The notes under the pieces were generated by a model. The model was not told where the DNA came from. It made no database searches and saw only the letters and a list, made by a program, of their open reading frames with translations. DNA of 64,000 nt from an uncultured Gemmatimonadales bacterium (GTDB lineage: Bacteria > Gemmatimonadota > Gemmatimonadetes > Gemmatimonadales > GWC2-71-9), in contig CAVOGR010000002.1 in assembly GCA_963695555.1 (NCBI GenBank), positions 320,001-384,000 on the forward strand, read 5' to 3'. The stretch's first letter is position 1. The number at the start of each line of letters is the position of its first letter. Below are positions 28,667-40,004 of this stretch, piece by piece. Position numbers and translations under genes: made by a program.

Positions 28667-29071
28667 ATGGAAAGCACGATGGAAAACAGGTCGGTCCGAC
28701 TCGATCAGTGGCTCTGGGCTGCGCGGTTCTATAAGACACGCGCCCTGGCTGCTCGCGCCGTCGACGGGGGCAGGGTCCAGGTGGACGGCCAACGGGTAAA
28801 GCGAGCCAAAGCCATTCGCGTTGGCGATCAGATCCGCATTCGACTAGCGCCGTTCGAGTACCAGGTGGTCGTTCGGGAACTGGCCGAGCGCCGGGGCTCC
28901 GCAGCTGCGGCAGGAGAACTCTACCTCGAGACACCGGAGAGCAGGTCGGCTCGGGAGGTTCTTACGACCCGCCTGAAGAGCGCCCCCCCGCCCCTGTTCT
29001 ACGAAAAGGGCCGCCCTTCCAAGAAGGAACGGCGGGAGATGGAGCGACTCAAGCGGCGGCAACGTGAATAA
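28667..29071 (+). CDS. hslR: Ribosome-associated heat shock protein Hsp15 (S4 domain)
   Basis: RLDQWLWAARFYKTR, GRPSKKERR; start at 28667 or 28679. Confidence 0.9.
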   Translation: MESTMENRSVRLDQWLWAARFYKTRALAARAVDGGRVQVDGQRVKRAKAIRVGDQIRIRLAPFEYQVVVRELAERRGSAAAAGELYLETPESRSAREVLTTRLKSAPPPLFYEKGRPSKKERREMERLKRRQRE

Positions 29072-29152
29072 AAGCAGGCGCCGGCGCACCCACTCGCCCC
29101 CCAAGCTGCTGAGGAGCAGTCATGCACAAGCGCGCAGGCTGGAGCACCGTCC

Positions 29153-31066
29153 GTGAGCGCGCTCCTTGGCGCATTCCCGCGATATGGATCGCCATCGCCG
29201 AGTGACGGGGCGCTCAGCCCCGTGCTCGATGCGCTTCGCGTACGAGGCCGCGATCGGGAAGAGCTGCATCGTGAGGACGCGGCATTGCTCGGAGTGCTCC
29301 GCCACGACTGGGAGCTTGCACCGTGGATCTCGGGGAACGTCCTACTCGCCCGGGACCAGGAAGCCGGTGTCGTCGTTGCCGCGGACGCGGCACTCTATTA
29401 CCGCGACGATTTGGTGCACGCCGTGGAGAGAGCGGGTACTCGGATCCGCGGTCGGAGCCCCGCCGAGCTGATCCTTGCCGCATACCTGGCATGGGGCGAT
29501 TCGTGCCTCGAGCGACTCGAGGGTGATTTCGCCTTCATTCTCTGGGACGGGCGCCAGAGGCGGGTGGTGGCTGCCAGAGATTTCGGCGGGAAACGGCCGC
29601 TGTTTCACGCCGAGCTTGGCGGAACGCTCTTTCTCGCCTCCACCATCCCGGCGCTTCTCGCCGCACCGGGCGCGAGCCGGGAACTCGATTGGACGGTGAT
29701 TGCCGAGGCGGCCGCGGCGCTGACCAACTCGCCGGATGAGACGGCCTTTCGCGCCGTCTGCCGCCTCCCTGCCGGATCGACGCTCGTTTACGAGCCAGGC
29801 TCGGCGCCACGAATCCGACAGCATTGGCACCCACCCACCTTCAGCACCTGGGGGGGGCGAGACGCCAGGGAGGCGGCTGCGGAGTTGCGCATCACGCTCG
29901 AGCGCGCCGTCGATGAGCGCCTGGCAGGCGAAGGCGTAACGGCGTGTTTCCTCTCGGGCGGGTACGACTCCCCGGCAGTTTACGCCGCGGGGCGCCACCT
30001 ATTGGCAAACAGCGGAGCGCGGCGTGAACTCCGTCCTATCTCGATGAGTTTTCCGCCCGGCGACTCCGGCCGGGAAGACGAGCTCATCGAGCAGATCGTC
30101 GGACACTGGAACGACGCGACGCGTTGGATCCAGAGCACGGACGTTCCCTTCTGCGAGGATCCGGAGGAGCACGCGCGTCAACGCGCCGAGCCATTCCCGC
30201 ACCTCTTCGAAACCTTCAACCGCGTCGCCACCCGCGCTGCCGTTGGCCAAGGTGCACGGGTTGTGCTGGACGGGAGCGGTGGCGACCAGCTCTTTGCCGT
30301 CGGGGCGAATGTCTTGTCAGATCTGCTGCGTGGCGGGCACTGGCTGCGGTTGGCTTCGGATTGGAAGGCCCTGGGTGGAGGGAGCTGGCGCGACTTCTTC
30401 AAGGTGGCGGTCCAGCCCCGGATGGGACCGAAACTGCTTCGAGCGGCAACCTGGCTCCGCGGCGGCCGCCCGCTGGCCGATGTCGGGTTCGTTCGCGACA
30501 TCCCGCCCTGGTTCTCGAAGACGTTCGTCGAGCGCCACGGCCTTCGTACCCGCGAGCAGGATCGCCAACCGGCCCGCGGCACCATGAGTTGGTCCGCCTA
30601 CGAAGCCTTGTGGTACCTGACCACCCCGGCGTTCCCTCGCATGGCCGAATACGTCGCGAGCTTTGCCTTGGAGGAGGGCGCCGAGTACCGCTCCCCGCTC
30701 CTCGATAGGCGAATCGTTGAACTGGCGGCCACCCGCCCGGCATCGGACCGGCGCCGGGGCACCGAGACCAAGCTACTGCTTCGCCACGCCATGGAAGGAC
30801 TCCTCCCGACACCCGTCCTCGCTGGGCGGCCGCACAAGACCGGGATGCCGGTGGACTACATGCGGGGATCCGCCCGGACCCTCCTAGGCGGGCCGTTGCG
30901 TCCGCTGCTCCGAGATTCAGCCCTGGCAGAGGCCGGGATCGTCGAGCCGGAGGCCTTGCAGAGGGCAGTCGAGCGCTGTGTGGCTGGTCAGGACGACGGG
31001 CAGGCCGTCGGGCTCTACCTGACCCTCCAGGCCGAGCTCTGGGTGCGCCAGCAGATTGGGGGGTGA
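29153..31066 (+). CDS. Asparagine-synthetase-like ATP-dependent macrolactam synthetase (lasso cyclase, C protein)
   Basis: LEGDFAFILWD, ARDFGGKRPL, FLSGGYDS, DGSGGDQLF, RSPLLDRRIVE, KLLLRHAM; lacks the N-terminal catalytic Cys of glutamine-dependent AsnB; adjacent to a lasso-type precursor. Confidence 0.8.
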   Translation: MSALLGAFPRYGSPSPSDGALSPVLDALRVRGRDREELHREDAALLGVLRHDWELAPWISGNVLLARDQEAGVVVAADAALYYRDDLVHAVERAGTRIRGRSPAELILAAYLAWGDSCLERLEGDFAFILWDGRQRRVVAARDFGGKRPLFHAELGGTLFLASTIPALLAAPGASRELDWTVIAEAAAALTNSPDETAFRAVCRLPAGSTLVYEPGSAPRIRQHWHPPTFSTWGGRDAREAAAELRITLERAVDERLAGEGVTACFLSGGYDSPAVYAAGRHLLANSGARRELRPISMSFPPGDSGREDELIEQIVGHWNDATRWIQSTDVPFCEDPEEHARQRAEPFPHLFETFNRVATRAAVGQGARVVLDGSGGDQLFAVGANVLSDLLRGGHWLRLASDWKALGGGSWRDFFKVAVQPRMGPKLLRAATWLRGGRPLADVGFVRDIPPWFSKTFVERHGLRTREQDRQPARGTMSWSAYEALWYLTTPAFPRMAEYVASFALEEGAEYRSPLLDRRIVELAATRPASDRRRGTETKLLLRHAMEGLLPTPVLAGRPHKTGMPVDYMRGSARTLLGGPLRPLLRDSALAEAGIVEPEALQRAVERCVAGQDDGQAVGLYLTLQAELWVRQQIGG

Positions 31067-31153
31067 AGACCCGCGTGGGGAGGGGTGTCCCCGGTTTGGG
31101 ACATCGCCCACCCCGGGTTGCCGCCAGCCGTTAGCCCCCCCCCCAACCCCCCC

Positions 31154-31182
31154 TTGCGGACGGGGCTTTCGTACGGTACAGT
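31154..31182 (+). promoter_or_regulatory. Putative sigma70 promoter of the precursor gene
   Basis: TTGCGG-N17-TACAGT, about 70 nt upstream of the precursor ATG. Confidence 0.5.
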
Positions 31183-31251
31183 TTCTGCAGCTAAGAAAGC
31201 TGTTACGGGGTTGTGGTCGTGTAGTCCGGCCCAATGTCTAAGAGGTGGTGT

Positions 31252-31440
31252 ATGTACGCCAAGCCTGTGTTGGAGCGATTCGGCACATTTCGGGATCTCA
31301 CCCAGATGCCGCCGCCACGAGGGAAGAAGGATCCAGGCGCGGACCTGGCGAGTGCGCTCAACTGTGAGTCCCATGCCGCTCCCGGCTCCCACGCGGCATG
31401 TGGTGGCAGTCCCGGTACCGGCGGCGGACGCACGAGCTGA
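31252..31440 (+). CDS. Lasso-type RiPP precursor peptide (62 aa)
   Basis: GAGGTGG RBS; leader MYAKPVLERFGTFRDLTQ fits YxxPxL...GxxxxxT(-2); core MPPPRGKKDPGADLASALNCESHAAPGSHAACGGSPGTGGGRTS. Confidence 0.85.
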   Translation: MYAKPVLERFGTFRDLTQMPPPRGKKDPGADLASALNCESHAAPGSHAACGGSPGTGGGRTS

Positions 31441-31447
31441 TTCCGCT

Positions 31448-31525
31448 GGGAGGTTCTTGACCTCCCGCCGCACAATTACTGAATTGTGAACCGCCCGCCC
31501 TCAGAGAAATCTCCGAGGGCGGGCG
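31448..31525 (+). terminator. Three tandem hairpins after the precursor (terminator or mRNA stabiliser)
   Basis: GGGAGG-N7-CCTCCC, CACAATT-ACTG-AATTGTG, CGCCCGCCCTC-N12-GAGGGCGGGCG. Confidence 0.6.
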
Positions 31526-31586
31526 TCCCTTTGGGTACAGGCGCCGGCATCGGAATCGCAGCCGCGGGCCCATCAGAACTCGGCTC

Positions 31587-32663
31587 GTGACCCACCCCCG
31601 CGCCCAGAGCACCAATTCCCTCGAACCCCCGTTCGTTCTCATCCGGGCGCTCACCAAGTCCTACCCGATTCACCGCCAATGGCGCGAGATACTGCGGAGC
31701 CCGTTTACCGAACAGTGGACCCCCGCGCTCGAGGGAGTGGACTTAGCCGTTGAGCGTGGCGAGTTCTTCGGCCTCCTGGGGCCCAATGGGGCCGGCAAGA
31801 CCACCTTGTTCAAGGTGCTGTCCACCCTCATCACCCCAGACTCCGGTCAGGCCCAGGTGGACGGCCTCGATGTGGTCCGTGACGCGTCCCAGGTCCGGAG
31901 GATCCTGTCGCCCGTGATCCCGGATGAACGCAGTCTCTTGTGGCGTCTCTCGGCGCGCGAGAACCTGAATCTCTTTGCCGGCCTGTACGGCTACACCGGC
32001 AACGGCCGGGCGGCTCGGGTCAACGATCTCCTGGACATCGTGGGCCTGGAAGAGGCGGGCAACAAGATGGTGGGGCAGTTCTCGTCCGGCATGAAGCAGC
32101 GACTGCTCATCGCGCGGGCGCTCCTCCCCGAGCCGCGGCTGCTGCTGCTCGACGAACCGACCCGAAGTCTCGATCCGGTGTCGGCCGAGCGCTTCCGCAG
32201 GTTCCTCCGCGACGAGATCGGTGGGCGCCAGGGTTGCACGATCCTCCTCGCCACGCACAACGCCGAGGAAGCGCTCGATTTGTGCACTCGTGTGGCCGTG
32301 CTCGATCGGGGGAGGGTCCGGGCGGTTGGGACGCCGGAGGCGCTCGCGCTCCGCGTGGCGGAGCAACGCTTCCGGATCTACACCCGGACGCCCGACGCGC
32401 CGGCGTTCGGGGAGTTGCTCCACCGGGGCCTGGCGCAGAGTGTCAGCATGACGGCCGCGGCTGACGGCCAGTGGTCGGTGGTGGAGGTCGAGATTCCAAA
32501 GGGCAACGAGGGATGTGAAGCCGTTCTTGTCTACCTCGCCCGCCAGGGCGTTACGGTAGCCCGCCTCGAGCGCGTCCGACCCACCCTGGCCCAGGTCATC
32601 GAGCACGTGGTGGCCCAGCATCCGCCGGGCACGGCAGCAGCAGCAGAGGCCCCTCGATCATGA
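31587..32663 (+). CDS. ABC-2 type exporter ATP-binding subunit
   Basis: GPNGAGKT, FSSGMKQRL, LLLLDEPT. Confidence 0.92.
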   Translation: MTHPRAQSTNSLEPPFVLIRALTKSYPIHRQWREILRSPFTEQWTPALEGVDLAVERGEFFGLLGPNGAGKTTLFKVLSTLITPDSGQAQVDGLDVVRDASQVRRILSPVIPDERSLLWRLSARENLNLFAGLYGYTGNGRAARVNDLLDIVGLEEAGNKMVGQFSSGMKQRLLIARALLPEPRLLLLDEPTRSLDPVSAERFRRFLRDEIGGRQGCTILLATHNAEEALDLCTRVAVLDRGRVRAVGTPEALALRVAEQRFRIYTRTPDAPAFGELLHRGLAQSVSMTAAADGQWSVVEVEIPKGNEGCEAVLVYLARQGVTVARLERVRPTLAQVIEHVVAQHPPGTAAAAEAPRS

Positions 32664-33460
32664 GGACGATCCTGGCGTTCCTGCGGGCCAATTGGCTCAC
32701 CGCGACGAGCTATCGGATCGACCTCGTCATCTCGCTCATCTCGCTGGCCGCCGCCGCCGTCCCGCTCTACTTCGTGTCGGGCGCACTGCAGCCCTTGATG
32801 GCGGACTCGATCCGAACCGAGGGCGGGCAGTATTTTGGGTTCGCGCTGGTGGGTATCGTGACGTACAGCTTCCTGGGTGTTGCGGTGAACAGCATCCCCA
32901 CCGGCTTGGGGAAGAGCATTAGCTCGGGCACGATCGAGGCGTTTCTGGTCGCGCCGGCATCCTTGCCTTCGATTCTCGCCGCCTTCGCCTCCTACGATCT
33001 GATATGGACCACCATGCGGGCCGTGGTCTTTCTCGGGGTGGGCGCGGTGCTCGGCGCTCGCTTCGCCCCGGCCGGACTGCCGGCAGCCCTATTCATCCTG
33101 GCTCTGACCGTGCTGGCCTACGTGCCCATCGGCCTCATGGCGGCGGCAATGGTCATGGCATTCCGAACGACGGGGCCGCTTCCTAAGGCGGTGTTCGCAG
33201 CCTCGGCGCTGCTTGGTGGCGTGTACTATCCCACGACCGTCATCCCGTCCTGGATCGAGCTGGTGTCGCGCATCGTGCCCCTCACCTACGGGCTCCGCGC
33301 CATCCGGCGCACGCTGCTCGAAGGATGGTCACTCGGGCAGGTGGGCGGGGACGTATTGACCCTGATCGGGATCAGCGCCGTGCTGTTCGCCGTCGCGATT
33401 CCGTTGTTCCTGAAGGCGCTTGGGACGGCACGCCGCCGCGGGACGCTCGCTCACCCATGA
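32660..33460 (+). CDS. ABC-2 type exporter permease
   Basis: About 6 TM segments, GTIEAFL, GGVYYP, PLTYGLRAIR; overlaps the ATPase stop (ATGA). Confidence 0.88.
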   Translation: MRTILAFLRANWLTATSYRIDLVISLISLAAAAVPLYFVSGALQPLMADSIRTEGGQYFGFALVGIVTYSFLGVAVNSIPTGLGKSISSGTIEAFLVAPASLPSILAAFASYDLIWTTMRAVVFLGVGAVLGARFAPAGLPAALFILALTVLAYVPIGLMAAAMVMAFRTTGPLPKAVFAASALLGGVYYPTTVIPSWIELVSRIVPLTYGLRAIRRTLLEGWSLGQVGGDVLTLIGISAVLFAVAIPLFLKALGTARRRGTLAHP

Positions 33461-33467
33461 GGGGCTA

Positions 33468-35357
<1,890 letters not shown>

Positions 35358-35620
35358 TCAGCGGGGGGTCAATTCTCGTGCATCATGGTGCGGACAGGGC
35401 CTGGGCCCCATCCCCCTGCAGCATGGTCGCAACTTATTCCGCCTCATCAGGTTATGGGACGTTATCCCAAGACGTGCTCCGTGTCCCGATCGGCTGCCTG
35501 GTCGCTAACTCCCGATCCCATCTGGTCTTAGAGGGGTGACCTGGCGGGTGCCCTCTGTTCAAGTCAGGAAATTGGATGCATTATGATGCCCTGCCACCCA
35601 CTCATCAGAGAGGTTGAATC

Positions 35621-38200
35621 ATGCGCAGCTCTCGTTGGCAAGGCTTGTTCGGCTGGCGGGCTTCCCTCGTATTCCTAGGAGTGTGCGCCGCCGGCCTGGC
35701 ATTCGCGACCTCGGCCCGAGCCCAAGCTACCGGCACCGTCACGGGCTCCGTGACCCGAGCCGAGGATGGAATTGCGCTCCTCGGCGTGACGGTGTTGGTG
35801 CAGGGAACCAACCTCCAGACGTCCACCAACGCGGAAGGTCGGTACACGCTCGCACGAGTGCCTGATGGGGCACAGGTCATTGTGTTTCGCTGGCTGGGCT
35901 ACGGGGGGGTCGATCAGCCGGTCACGGTTTCGGCCAACCAGGCCGCGGTGGTGAACGCGGCGCTGACGCGGGCCCCCATCGCCCTCGGCGAGCTCACCGT
36001 CGAGGCGGCCTCCCGCGCGCCCGAGCGGGTGGTGGAAGCGCCTGCGGCGGTGTCCCTGGTTACCCCCCAAGTATTACGGGCGGCGTCGCTGACGGGCCAA
36101 GCGGGCATCGCGCTCCAACAGCTCCCCGGTATGGACGTGGTCCAGAGCGGGGTCAACGACTTCAACGTGAATGCCCGCGGCCTCAACTCGTCGCTGAATA
36201 GACGGGTGCTGGTCTTGCTGGACGGCCGCGACCTGGCGATTGCCTTCCTCGGCGCCCAGGAGTGGAACGGTCTGCCGGTTCCACTCGAGGACCTGGATCG
36301 GGTCGAAGTGGCACGCGGCCCCGGTTCCGCACTCTATGGCGCGAACGCGTTCAGCGGCGTGGTCAACATGATCACACCGGATGCGCGCCAAGTCTTGGGT
36401 ACCAAGGTCACATTGGGCGGTGGCGAGCTGGCCACCTTCCGGGGCGACTTGCGGCACGCCGGCATGATTGGCGAGGGTCGGGTCGGGTACCGCGTGAACG
36501 CGGGCTTCTACCAGAGCGAGAGCTTCACCAAGTCCCGAACCGGCGTTGGCGACTGGGCGAGCGAGTACGCCACGGCCACCGACGATTCGAGCCTGCTCCC
36601 TTCCGCATCTGCCATTGAAGTCGTGCCGTTGGATGGTCAGACGACGGCCGGCCTCGGTCAACCCGCCACCGGCGAGCCCGACGATTTGCGGAACATTTAC
36701 GGCTCCGCCCGCCTCGATTACTACGCCGACAACGGATCGGTGGTCTCGGTGGACGGTGGGGCCACACGGGTCGAGAACGAGGTCTTCGTGACCGGCATCG
36801 GGCGAGTACAGGTCAAGAAGGGCACCAAGCCCTGGGCGCGCGTCGCGTGGGCCGCCGAGCGTTTCAACCTCTCGGCGTGGTACACCGGCCGAAACACCAA
36901 CGAGGATCAGGTGTCGCTCGCGAGCGGCGCTCCGCTCTTGGAAACATCCGCCATCTTCCACGTCGAGGGTCAGACCAACCACAACTTCGTAGAAGACCGC
37001 GGCCGCCTCGTCGTCGGGGCATCGTTCCGGAACTACAACGTCGATACCGAGGGCACCCTGATGGCCCTGAGCGACGACAACCGGAGCGACAAGTCCTATT
37101 CCGCATACGGCCAAGTTGAGTTCAAGCTGATACCCGAACTCAAGGCGGTGACGGCCCTTCGCTTCGACGATGCCGACCTGCATGAGGCACAGTACTCGCC
37201 GAAGGCCGCCCTGGTGTTCAGCCCGACGCCGGATCATTCCATCCGACTCACCTACAACCAGGCGTTCCAGGTTCCCAACTATTCCGAGTTCTTCCTGCGC
37301 GCCGCCGCAGGGGCACCGGCCAACTTCTCGCAGCTCGAAGCGGGCCTCCGGGCCTCGCCACTTGGCCCGGCACTAGCCGGCGTGCCGGTGGGTGAACTAT
37401 TTGCCGGCGCCACCGGAGGAAGCTCCTCGGCCGTGCCGGTCCTGGCTCTCGGCAATGCCGGCCTCGACGTTGAGACGGTCAAGGGCTGGGAGATCGGGTA
37501 CAAGGGCAACATCACCGACCGCGCCTACGTAACGGTCGATCTCTTTCAGAGCAAGATCGATAACTTCGTCACCGATCTCCTGCCCGGCGTGAACCCGACC
37601 TACGGTGCCTGGACTGCTCCCGCTGCGGTCCCGGGTCCGGTTGCCCCCCAGCTCGAGGACGCGGTACGGAGTCAACTCCTCGCCGCAGGCCAGCTCACGG
37701 CCGCCTTCGGGCTCACCCGGCTCCAGAACGGTGCGACCGCCATCGTCGTCTCGTACACCAATGCGGGCTCCGTGAAGCAGCGGGGAATCGAGCTGGGCTT
37801 CGGCATTCAACTCATCGACGAGGTCCGCTTCGACGGGTCGTACACCTTCTTCGACACCGGCTACTTCATGGATCAGGTCAAGGGCCTCCAGGCGGGGGAC
37901 GTGCTGGAGCCCAACACGCCCAAGCACAAGGCCAACTTGTCGCTCGCCTATAGCGGGCTCCAGGGACTCGACGCCGAGGTGGCCGTCCGGATGATCGATG
38001 GCTATGACTGGGCCGCCGGTATCTTCCAAGGCCACGTGCCATCGAGTGAGACGGTTAACGTGAGCGCCGGCTACCGGATCAGTAACCACTTCCGAGTCCA
38101 GGCCGCCGTCACCAACCTGTTCGATCAGGAGCGCTACCACCTCTATGGTGGCTCGGTTATCGGCCGGCGCATTCTCGCTGGGGTGACAACCTACTTCTAA
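35621..38200 (+). CDS. TonB-dependent receptor with N-terminal carboxypeptidase-regulatory-like domain
   Basis: Signal peptide; plug motifs NARG, VLVLLDGR, RVEVARGPGSALYGANAFSGVVN; NLFD and C-terminal Phe. Confidence 0.92.
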   Translation: MRSSRWQGLFGWRASLVFLGVCAAGLAFATSARAQATGTVTGSVTRAEDGIALLGVTVLVQGTNLQTSTNAEGRYTLARVPDGAQVIVFRWLGYGGVDQPVTVSANQAAVVNAALTRAPIALGELTVEAASRAPERVVEAPAAVSLVTPQVLRAASLTGQAGIALQQLPGMDVVQSGVNDFNVNARGLNSSLNRRVLVLLDGRDLAIAFLGAQEWNGLPVPLEDLDRVEVARGPGSALYGANAFSGVVNMITPDARQVLGTKVTLGGGELATFRGDLRHAGMIGEGRVGYRVNAGFYQSESFTKSRTGVGDWASEYATATDDSSLLPSASAIEVVPLDGQTTAGLGQPATGEPDDLRNIYGSARLDYYADNGSVVSVDGGATRVENEVFVTGIGRVQVKKGTKPWARVAWAAERFNLSAWYTGRNTNEDQVSLASGAPLLETSAIFHVEGQTNHNFVEDRGRLVVGASFRNYNVDTEGTLMALSDDNRSDKSYSAYGQVEFKLIPELKAVTALRFDDADLHEAQYSPKAALVFSPTPDHSIRLTYNQAFQVPNYSEFFLRAAAGAPANFSQLEAGLRASPLGPALAGVPVGELFAGATGGSSSAVPVLALGNAGLDVETVKGWEIGYKGNITDRAYVTVDLFQSKIDNFVTDLLPGVNPTYGAWTAPAAVPGPVAPQLEDAVRSQLLAAGQLTAAFGLTRLQNGATAIVVSYTNAGSVKQRGIELGFGIQLIDEVRFDGSYTFFDTGYFMDQVKGLQAGDVLEPNTPKHKANLSLAYSGLQGLDAEVAVRMIDGYDWAAGIFQGHVPSSETVNVSAGYRISNHFRVQAAVTNLFDQERYHLYGGSVIGRRILAGVTTYF

Positions 38201-38310
38201 TCGCCGCGTGACCACGCTGGGGCACCGTGCCCGATCCCGGCCCAGCCGGGGTCGGGCACGGTGTCGTTGATGGGATAGCGTCCCAGCCGGCGGGCCGGCA
38301 GATTCGTTCC

Positions 38311-39171
38311 ATGTGGCTCGCTCTTCTCCGCGCGATGGCCTTCGGGGTCACGCTCTACGTCGCCTTGGCCGCGGTCCTCTGGTTGTCCCAGAGCCGGATG
38401 ATTTTCTTCGCACCCCGAGGCGCCGTACCCGATCCGCGCGCGTTCGGACTGGCTGGCGAGCGGGTGGCGGTCGAGACGGCCAATGGGCTCACGCTCTACG
38501 GTTGGTACTTGCCGGCGGAGCGGGAACCCGGCTCGGTTGCGCCGGCCCTCATCTGGTTTTACGGCAACGCCGAGAACGTGGCGCTGCTGGCACCCCTCCT
38601 CGGCTCGCTCCGCCCACCCGGCTATGCCCTGCTGGTCCTGGACTATCGTGGCTACGGCCAGAACCCGGGCACGCCGAGTGAGGCGGGGCTCTACCAGGAC
38701 GCGGATGCCGCGTGGTCGTGGCTCGATGGCAGACCGGACATCGATCTCGGGCGCGTAGCCGTCTACGGGCGATCACTGGGAAGCGTGCCGGCACTCTACC
38801 TTGCCACCACCAAGCCAGTGGCGGCCGTGATTCTCGACTCGCCGTTTACCACGGCCCGAGCCATGGCCCGGGTCCACTACCGGCTGTTCCCGTCGTTTCT
38901 AGTCCGCTTTGCGATGGACAACCTGTCGCGATCGAAGCGGATCACCGCGCCGCTATTCATCATCCACGGAACTCACGACCGGATCGCACCCATCCGCATG
39001 GGCCGAGCACTCGCCCGCGGCGGCAGGGCGCAGGTGCTGCACGAGGTCCAAGGGGCAGGCCACAACGACGTCTACCAAATGATTCGACCTCCCTATGCCC
39101 ACGTGATCCGGCAGTTTCTCGCTACCGTCCGGGACGCAGGGGCTGCCGAGCCGCCGCGCGGCACGCCGTGA
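38311..39171 (+). CDS. Alpha/beta hydrolase (ABHD/Bem46-like), membrane-anchored
   Basis: FYGNAE, DYRGYG, GRSLG nucleophile elbow, IHGTHD, GAGHND. Confidence 0.85.
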   Translation: MWLALLRAMAFGVTLYVALAAVLWLSQSRMIFFAPRGAVPDPRAFGLAGERVAVETANGLTLYGWYLPAEREPGSVAPALIWFYGNAENVALLAPLLGSLRPPGYALLVLDYRGYGQNPGTPSEAGLYQDADAAWSWLDGRPDIDLGRVAVYGRSLGSVPALYLATTKPVAAVILDSPFTTARAMARVHYRLFPSFLVRFAMDNLSRSKRITAPLFIIHGTHDRIAPIRMGRALARGGRAQVLHEVQGAGHNDVYQMIRPPYAHVIRQFLATVRDAGAAEPPRGTP

Positions 39172-39980
39172 CGACGAGCCCCCTGCTCCAGGTTGGCCGC
39201 CGCCTCGTCATCGCGCATCGGGGAGCGTCGGCGTACGCCCCCGAGAACACCATGCCCGCGTTTCAACTCGCGGTGGAGCAGGGGGCGGACGCGATTGAGC
39301 TGGACGTCAGGGTGACCGGCGATGGCGTCCCGGTGGTGCTCCACGATGCCACCACGGCGCGCACCACGGATGTGGCCATGGTCCTGGCGGACACCACGGT
39401 GAGCCAGTTGCGAGCGGTCGATGCCGGGGCACGATTCTCGCCTGACGACGGCCGGACGTTCCCGTGGCGGAACCGGGCAGTGAGGGTACCGACGCTGGCG
39501 GACGTGCTGGAGGCCATTCCGGATCTTCCGCTTCTCATCGAAATCAAAGAGCCACGGGGCCAGGGAGAAGTCCGGCGCGTCATCGAGACCCACTCGGCAC
39601 AGCACCGTGTGGTCGTGGCCTCCGCCGACTGGCACGCACTTGCCGCGTTCCGCGACGGCCGCTTCAGCCTTGGTGCCAGTCGGCGCGAGATCGTTAGGCT
39701 GTATGCAGGCGCGTTGGCTGGACGGGCTCCCCGCGCCGTGGCGTACCGAGTGCTCTCGGTCCCCCAGTCTTTCCACGGTCTTCCCGTCCCGACGCCGCGA
39801 TTCGTGGCGGCAGCCCATCGGTGCGGATGCCCGGTGCATGTGTGGACCGTTGACGATCCGGCCGCCGCCCGGCGATTGTGGGGCGATGGGGTTTCAGGTA
39901 TCGTAACCAATGTTCCGGATGTGATGCGCCAGGTTCGGGATACAATACCATTCACACCCGACGCCGCTACAAACCTCTGA
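39168..39980 (+). CDS. Glycerophosphodiester phosphodiesterase
   Basis: [33 protein letters not shown] start overlapping the upstream stop. Confidence 0.9.
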   Translation: MTTSPLLQVGRRLVIAHRGASAYAPENTMPAFQLAVEQGADAIELDVRVTGDGVPVVLHDATTARTTDVAMVLADTTVSQLRAVDAGARFSPDDGRTFPWRNRAVRVPTLADVLEAIPDLPLLIEIKEPRGQGEVRRVIETHSAQHRVVVASADWHALAAFRDGRFSLGASRREIVRLYAGALAGRAPRAVAYRVLSVPQSFHGLPVPTPRFVAAAHRCGCPVHVWTVDDPAAARRLWGDGVSGIVTNVPDVMRQVRDTIPFTPDAATNL

Positions 39981-40004
39981 TATCCGCCTCGTGACGGGAG
40001 GACA

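Noticed and set aside
29153..31066. Housekeeping asparagine synthetase AsnB
   Set aside because: No N-terminal catalytic Cys, a degenerate glutaminase domain, and adjacency to a lasso-type precursor
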